DNA of 58,470 nucleotides, filler included, from Sphacelaria rigidula (Eukaryota), in the NCBI GenBank assembly GCA_964200075.2. It is 4 parts of 4 records of this genome, joined end to end, with 100 filler letters (N's around TTAATTAATTAA, not from the genome) between each part and the next. Parts side by side here need not be neighbours in the genome. Positions count along the whole stretch, not along the records: positions 43,930 to 58,470 come from CAXNAA020002191.1; 3 more parts are not named here. One strand, written 5' to 3'. Each line of letters begins with the position of its first letter. The stretch's first letter is position 1. The translations under genes were made by a program, and so were the position numbers. The notes under the pieces were generated by a model. That model ran no database searches. It worked only from the letters and a program-made list of their open reading frames with translations, and was not told where the DNA came from. Below are positions 51,299-58,470 of this stretch, piece after piece.

Positions 51299-51509
51299 AT
51301 GATTCGCTGTCGATCGTCTGCCGTGACTTCATGCCTTCACGACGTGACTTTGCGCTGCTGCGTAGGGCGGGCGTCGGGTTGTCACCAGTCAAGAAGCGGC
51401 ATTATCACGTTGTGTCGACGAGCGCTGCATGTCTCGGGGCCTAGCGGAGGCAGCAGCAGCAGCAGCAGCAGCAGCAGCCCGGTTGGCTTCGTTGGTCTGG
51501 GGAATATGG
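51299..51509 (+). CDS. HIBADH: First exon of a 3-hydroxyisobutyrate dehydrogenase-like (beta-hydroxyacid dehydrogenase) gene with probable mitochondrial transit peptide
   Basis: ATG, Arg/Ser-rich leader, then PVGFVGLGNMG (Rossmann GxGxMG), G|GTGAGG donor; later exons not found in this contig. Confidence 0.75.
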
Positions 51510-52424
51510 GTGAGGAGAACATCGCTGCTAACGGTATCGTGTACCCGTCTGCGGTAGTAGTGAGAGTGGAGCTGCAGTAGGTAATTTACTTTAGGCATCG
51601 ACAACAAGATGATGGATGACAGGTCGCAGCACATGCAACACCACTGCGGAGTATTCTGTTTTTGGAACGACGCTCTTCAACTTGACCACCTGTTGAACGT
51701 GTGAGGGGAAACGGAAAATGGAGACGACTCCGCCTCAGCTGTACTCTACTGTTGTACTGTTGTCTGTAATGTTGTATTGTTGCCTGCGCGTCTGTACTAT
51801 GGTCGGTGTTCTACCAGTGTATATACCGTGCGAGATATAGTGAGTTGTGCGATAAATGTGCCTAGAGTACACGCTAGATGCTGACTACGCGTCAATGAGA
51901 ATCAACCATTGTGGAACAAAAGATTCGCGGCGTCGTTGAGATTTCGCCGACATGCCCAAATACCTGCTGCCTGGACACACGGCTGTGAAGTGGGTGGCAG
52001 TCACGCGAAATTATTCTTTGTGCAAAAGTCACAAGTGGGGTACACTACCACCTCTTTCGGCCCAAGAGTAGGTGCAGGTGAGCGCGCAAGTTGGAGCTGT
52101 CCGTGCTGGGCCCAAACCACTCAAAGATCAATCCCGACGCGAACGCAAGGTGCTCATAGCTCATGCAGAGCATGTGCACCGAGTTTCGCAAAAAATGAGC
52201 GCGATTCAGGCCCGAACAGCACCCCCGGAAACACGGGCCTCGCAGAGTACCCTACTATTTTGTCCAGCCATGGGGTAGGTATACCCAACAAAAATTACTA
52301 AGACAATCTTGTATCCTATTTTGTCTTACGCGATTCCTGATCATATCCAACGTGTACCCCTACTTGACCACTGCCGCCCTTCAACAGTCGCCATCCAACC
52401 CACCGCACGGCACAAAATCGAATG

Positions 52425-52570
52425 GCCAAAGAACCACGGTATTTCGAGATTTCATTACCTACCGTACCCGCTCAATCGGTTATTTTCAAAACTCATACCT
52501 ACGATACCCACGCAGACCACCGTATGGGATACCCCGGTGACTACCGGGGGTATACCCGGTAATACGGGAC
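52425..52570 (+). repeat. Repeat shared with 53500-53840, which has an internal tandem duplication
   Basis: CGAGATTTCA...CTACCGTACCCGCTCAATC.GGT.TTTTC.AAACTCATACCTACGATACCCACGCA in both. Confidence 0.8.
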
Positions 52571-54664
52571 GCGATGCACTCCCCACGGTGGTGTAGCAGC
52601 TACGTCTTCTTTTCGCAACTGATATATACCCAGATTCCCCCTGATTTTCGTGTTGGATCAATTCGAATGAACTCATTATCATGTAGTGTGAAGTGCGGTC
52701 GTTATTTTTCTCGATATGATAGGTCCACCGCATTTTCTTAGAAGGCTTCAACTTCAATTTGTAATTAGTGGCGCGCGGGAAAAAACTACAAGCTACTCGT
52801 AGGCTTTTTCGATCGAAAACATGCGGTCGAAAGGCACGAAGCGGCACTTGACTCCTACCTTACAGATCACCACGCCAGATAACACCCGTTCACAGAACCA
52901 TGCTAACTCCATCCAACTCATTATCAGCTACCATGCATCGCAACCCTGCAGCATCGAGTACGAGTCGATCACAGGGATAGAAACGCTGCAGTAGTTGGGT
53001 ATGCTTTGTTTATTCTTTGTTGGCGAAAGCTTGCGCATCTTCTTCCATTGCAGGATCAGCGACGGAACTGCGTGGTACGGTGGGCAACCGAGTTGCGTAC
53101 ACGCTCATGGACAGTGCAGGAAGTGCAAAGCTGCACGTTGTTGAGGTCCTTTTCACGTCGCGTACAACTGATAGTCCTGGGCTGTCTGCACTGTACGTTC
53201 GTTGCCCGCTTCTCTTGAAAATCTTACTGTAGGAAGCACGCACACAGGCACTCAAGACACACTGCTTGCAAGCAGTGCAGACTGTGCAGACGGTCTGTAT
53301 TGTGCACGAGTGACCATGTACCGTTTCACGAATTTCACTGTCTTTTTTGCATCGAAAGCTTGAAAATCCGACTGAACCCAACTCGACAAAAATGTGCGAT
53401 CATCGCCCAAATCAATTCCCCCGCTGCATTTTCTCGATAATTTTTTTTGCCAAGGCACGCCCTGAAACGCTGCTCCGCACTGCCGGATGACAGTTTTGAA
53501 TTAGGTATAGAGGGTAAGACAGGTACTTGGTACTGGTATTTGGGACATCTCACACCCTACCGATACCGGCCCAATCGGGTATTTTCATATGTCATACCTA
53601 CGATACATACGATACCACCGTATTTCGATATACCAATACCTACTGCACCCGCTCAGTTAGGTATTTTCAAAACTCGTACCTACGATATCTACGATACCTC
53701 GAGATTTCGAGATTTCAATATCTACCGTACCCGCTCAATCAGGTATTTTCGAAACTCATACCTACGATACCCACGCATACCGAGCGTATGGGATACCCTG
53801 GTGAATTTCAGGGGTACGCTCGGTACGGTACCTTACCTATGGTTCCTGTGCAAGTTTGGTACTTGTGTTTTTAAACCTCTTTGCAAGACCTCGCTAGGTG
53901 ATCATGAACCAAACAAGTGAGAAATCTTGATTTTTATTGTTTTTTTTTCACTTGTTCAGGACGTTTTGATGTAGTAAAGACCATATTTTCACGAGAACGC
54001 CCATAACTCTCTCAAAAAATAAATGAAGGCTCATAAAAAATAAATTGAAGGCCCGATTTTTTTTTCTCGGCATGCCTTTGCGATTCTCAATTATAAGTTT
54101 CAAATGTAAAATATAAAATTGGGCTGTAAAGCAGATGAGGTCCGAGAGCATTATCCATTTTGCCTGAAAACTTCCCCTAAAACGAAAACGATCAAAAACA
54201 AGACACGAAAAAAAACGAGAAATGCTCATTATAAAATTTATCATGCACTAGCGATTCTTCATACGAAATTTTAAAGTACAACTCTCGAAAACTGAGGCGC
54301 GATATTCAAATTTGTGCACTTAGTACCTCTGCTCGTAATATATTTATTTTAGTATGGTACCTTATGTGCGCCATATCTCGAGATAGATAACGAATTAGGT
54401 GAAGCTGAGGGTATCGATCGTTTCCCTGTGCTCCAGGGACTGTCCACACCAAAAATCGTAATCACCCGCTCTACAAATCGTTCGGGATTTCATATAGACT
54501 TTAGTGTGGACGCTTTCTCCGTACGATGTAGGAATTGCTAGACATGGAGTTTAATCAACGAGAAAATGTTGGCCCAGGCTTTTGAGCAGATGGGCACGAT
54601 CAGACGATTAATATGATATGCGGATCCCGTCCCTGGTCCAGACGCCTCGTTATTCCAAGCGCTG

Positions 54665-55440
54665 AGACCATTTTTTGTGGCAACCAATCCGTATTTGTAC
54701 AAATATGAGGATTTCAGCCCGTCTACAGCCGATTTTCTCCCGTGGATTGATTTTTTGGGCACTAGTCCATTAGGCAGTGTTTCCCTGCTAGCTCTGAGGA
54801 AACCAAATCAATTCTCCGACTATCCGGACGTTGAATTTTGGGTCATTACCGTCCTGCTCAGATCCGGAGACCCCCGCATCTTCCCCGATTTTGGCCCCCG
54901 ACTCGGGGGAGATGCGGGAGTCTCCCGATCTAAGCAGAAAGAAATGCGTTTTCGTGAGATTGAGAGTAGAGCGCTGATTGAGAGTGGCGTTAATCGTCCG
55001 CTTTAACTTAGCCAATTTTGCATTCCGTTGGTGCTTTCCTTTGTCTCCATCACTGGCGTGTGCTTACAGCTACACGTCGATATCCTACTCGTACTCAGGG
55101 ATATCAAGGGCCTCAGTGGCAAACTACTACAGAGAGCATATCGGGCTTCGTGAAGGGGCATTTCGGAACTGAAACAACTCATTCCCTAATTGACCGCTCT
55201 TCACTCTCAATCGTATCCTCTACTCTCAATATCACGAAAACATTGTTAAAGGTGATAAACCAAAAGTCAACGTACAGAGAATGGGAGAATTGATCTGGTT
55301 TCCCCAGAGCTAGGCGAAAAACTTTGCCCAACGGACTGGGGGTCCGAAAAATCAATCCACGGGAGAAAGTCGGCTGTAGACGTGCTGAAATCCTCATCAT
55401 ATTGCTACCAATACAGATTGGTTGCCATAAAAAATGATCT
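54665..55440. mobile_element. Fold-back element with about 185-bp arms (54665-54850 / 55251-55440) enclosing a hairpin (54854-54937) and a family A MITE
   Basis: CATTTTTTGTGGCAACCAATC...TGAGGATTTCAGC...TCTACAGCCGA.TTTCTCCCGTGGATTGATTTTT mirrored in the right arm. Confidence 0.82.
54947..55247 (+). mobile_element. MITE family A, nested copy
   Basis: TIRs CGTTTTCGTGAGATTGAGAGTAGAG / CTCTACTCTCAATATCACGAAAACATTG. Confidence 0.85.
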
Positions 55441-56759
55441 GCCACAGCAGGAGAGATGGGAAAAGAAAACACTGACACCAACCATTTTTACGGCGGAAGG
55501 CCACATAAGAATCCGACATACATACGTCATGCTCGCACCAAAAATATCGCCCCGGTGCGGTCGGATTACTTTTATCCAGTGAGGGGACGCAACGGCTCAA
55601 GTGTGATGAACTTTGTGCACACGGCAAAAATAAGCACCGCGACCTCTGAACTTCAAAGAACAAAAATCAGCACCACCTGTATATTTTCTTTATGTGCAGT
55701 CCCCTGTATTATTTTTATTTTCGCACATTTGTCCAATCTCTCGAACCCGTGGTCACAGAACTAGGCTCGTCTTTCCAATACCGCCCCTGCTATCCCTTAC
55801 AAGATACAGAGCCCTCGATAACTTTTTTTGAGACTCCAGCCTAATGACAAGAACAAGCACAATCAACTAAAATATTACCAAAACAAAAATAAGAAGAGAG
55901 ATGCCAAGACAAACATGAGGAGCAGCTTCCCCGAGTTCAACGGGGGTGAAAAAACAAAACTTCAGATCTGCTAAGAAGTGGGGCACACTTTGATAACGTG
56001 ACGCACCGCACCGGAGTTTTGATGTGCTGCAGTTCGGAGGTTGTACACGCCCAACACTTGGCTAGCCTACTAAGCCACACCACAGGAACAAATTAGTATG
56101 GCCGAGCACATAGAAATCCCCTCATCACTCGTGGAAGGATTGAGGTGCGATATTTACGCGATTCACCGCCAGTTGGAGCGAGTCTGAAAAATACGCCTTG
56201 GGCAAAAAGTGCTGCGTGGAAGCTGCAAACAATCAACCATAAAATATGCCGTGCAAAAACAGCACTTCGAAATCAGCACTTTTCCATTGCCAGTACCAAA
56301 CTCCGCGTTTAGGTCGGCCCAGCCTGTAAGGGCGTGTCTTAGCGCCTTCTTTTTTCGATCGAAAAAGTGCGGTCGATTTTTTCTTTGCCGATCTGATAGG
56401 TCCACCGCATTTATGTTCCGAGAAGGCTTCAGACACGCCCTTACCTGGATAGAATCCAAGGGTCGGACAAATCAATGATTCGTCTGGAAATTACTTGGTT
56501 TTATAAATGATTCGATTCGTACGAATCAATCCCTAGGCTTTGTTTTCAGCATTGCAACCCAAGTACACGCAGCCCAGACACGTGGAATGGCGCAAAAGTT
56601 GCGTGGATACCCCTTGGACCAGCGGTCAACTTTTTTTAATCTTTTTTGGGCAATCAGGCCGAAGAAATCGTGAATTTGGTGATTCGAACCCGTGGTGATT
56701 CGTCCTAACCGTGATAGGTTCCATGGCTCTCATGGGCTCGAGCCCTCACGAAATATTTC

Positions 56760-56945
56760 GAAACACGGAACAAAACGCAAACGGCACAACAAACTTGTGA
56801 AACACGGAACACAACGGAAACGGGACAACAAACTTGCGAAACACGGAATAAAACTCAAGCGGCACAGTAACTTTCGAGAAACGGAGCACGACGAAAAAGG
56901 CACAGCAACTTGCTCCGTATTTCGCAACTTATTGTGTCGTTTGCG
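56760..56945. repeat. 39-bp tandem repeat (about four units) followed by an inverted partial unit
   Basis: GAAACACGGAACA.AACG.AAACGG.ACAACAAACTTG at about 56761, 56799, 56838, 56877. Confidence 0.8.
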
Positions 56946-57059
56946 AGCGCGCGCGCCCAACGATCATGCGCTGTGTCAATCACTCCGCAGGGGTCTCGTT
57001 TGTTTGGGACGGAAATCACCGACGGCGGGGTCTTGAGTCTCCAGGCCGTATGAAAGTCT

Positions 57060-57215
57060 ACGATACGACGGGGAGTGAGAGGCGGTCACTTAATGAATGG
57101 CATAGGTTCAGTTCCAAAGTGCCCCTCCGGGTCTTATGTACGCTTTTTGTAAAAGTTGGCCCACTGAAGCCTTTGATATCCCCGAGTAGGGTATCGACGT
57201 GTAGCTGTGAGCATA
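57060..57215 (-). mobile_element. Partial family A-related element
   Basis: Reverse complement has CAGCTACACGTCGATACCCTACTCGGGGATATCAAAGGC...GGCACTTTGGAACTGAA. Confidence 0.7.
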
Positions 57216-58470
57216 CGACAGTTGTGGGTCGGAATGGTGGTCGATTTTGGGTACTATATTTCGGGAAAGTCCGCCCCGACCGCTGTATGCGTAAGAAGTG
57301 GATCGTAATCGGGTGAATCATATTAATAAAAAATACGCGCGTCACTCTGTCGAGAGAAAAAAATTCGGACACGGAGCCTCCCCCCCCCTCCCATGTGTAA
57401 TGTATGGAAGAAACGTAATGAACTGTGGAAGAAACGTAATGAGCGCCAGAATGTTGGAGGTGTCTCTATTAGGAGTAGGAACGGTGCTCCGTCTCGAAAG
57501 GGATGTTGCTCGTGTTTTTTTTGTGCTTGGTGGGTTATTGTTGAGGGTATGCGGGTGACATGGGAGCCATACCAAAGTCAAGATGATCACCTGTGGACCT
57601 TTTACTTGCCACAGACAGGGTACAGATGGATCCTTGGTGCCAAAGCGGACAGAGGTTTTTGTGGTTTTTCTTGACGTGCGTCCAGCATCACATTTGACCA
57701 GCTGTCTGCCAATGTCATTAAAACCGTGGCGTTGTGTACGAGGACACGCGTCCTCGCGAACATAGTAGAAAAGTGTTGTCAAGAGACGGCACGTGCATGT
57801 ACAGCCACCGTACAGTTTGTAGCGTGGCGTATGCCTCAAGTCGTGTTTTGTCCCATATTTTGCAAAGAATTTTCTGAGTAAAAAATATTTCTGTATCAAA
57901 ATCCTGATGGACCAGGGGGCTAGTACCTACAATCCTCAGGAACGTAGGGCACGGTACCCCGTTTCGCCCGAAAAAGGCCCTGGGGGAGGGGCCGGGGGGG
58001 TTACTGTGTCATTATTCGCCGTGTCGTAGATGTACTAAGTCATTATCCATATCGCAGACATACTATGTCATTATCCAAGAAAAAACGCTGTCTGAGCTGT
58101 GAACATGACATGGCCTGTACCATAGAAACCCCGTGTCTGTGTAGCCAAGTTTTGAATACAATGCACACGAGATAAAGAACGTCCTTGTGCTCCGCGGACA
58201 GCAATCAAGAAGCAGCCAACAAAGATCGCTCAAACAATTCCACGCTCGAGTTTTTCAACCACGTTGGCATCTGTTGGCACCCATGGCACGTTCACGCACG
58301 ATTACGCTCTTCTACAACGCAGGAAGCGAGAAAAACACAGGCGCACCGTCCTCGACCTTGGCACCTGTAGGTCCTGTGTAATGGTTCGTTCGAGTCCTCG
58401 GGCTCTAGCACAGGCCCATCAACGTACGTTTAAACAATGTTACAAATCCTCCTTTTGCTCCAAAAGTAAG

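Larger units (their letters stand above)
54625..56290 (+). mobile_element. Repeat family D copy carrying nested insertions
   Basis: Homologous to 31485-32110 once 54665-55440 and about 55709-55970 are removed. Confidence 0.72.

Noticed and set aside
54530..54560. Second exon of the HIBADH-like gene after a TAG acceptor
   Set aside because: Phase-1 reading hits TAA within eight codons and lacks the expected MA-x-NL motif.

Overview
Eukaryotic, intron-rich, repeat-rich DNA; gene structure and repeat style suggest a brown alga or other stramenopile (inference). The window is not one locus. It is four contigs of near-identical length (14,543, 14,543, 14,543 and 14,541 bp) joined by artificial 100-bp spacers (N44-TTAATTAATTAA-N44), so adjacency across spacers probably has no biological meaning. 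Each contig carries part of one spliced gene: contig 1 a cyclic-nucleotide-binding-domain protein (minus), contig 2 the 5' part of an anoctamin/TMEM16-like gene (minus), contig 3 the 5' half of a RINT1/TIP20-family gene (minus), and contig 4 the first exon of a 3-hydroxyisobutyrate dehydrogenase-like gene (plus). The rest is mostly transposon debris (tRNA-derived SINEs, several MITE and hAT-like families with nested insertions, an RTE-like LINE remnant, a decayed Ty3/gypsy pol) plus tandem repeats. Most ORFs in the supplied track are spurious. I found no convincing new multi-gene system. The best leads are an anoctamin with an apparent extra signal peptide and N-terminal TM helix, a 42-bp hairpin minisatellite, several non-canonical splice junctions, and nested elements with an empty-site copy in the same window. 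All family calls come from motif recognition by eye, not database searches.
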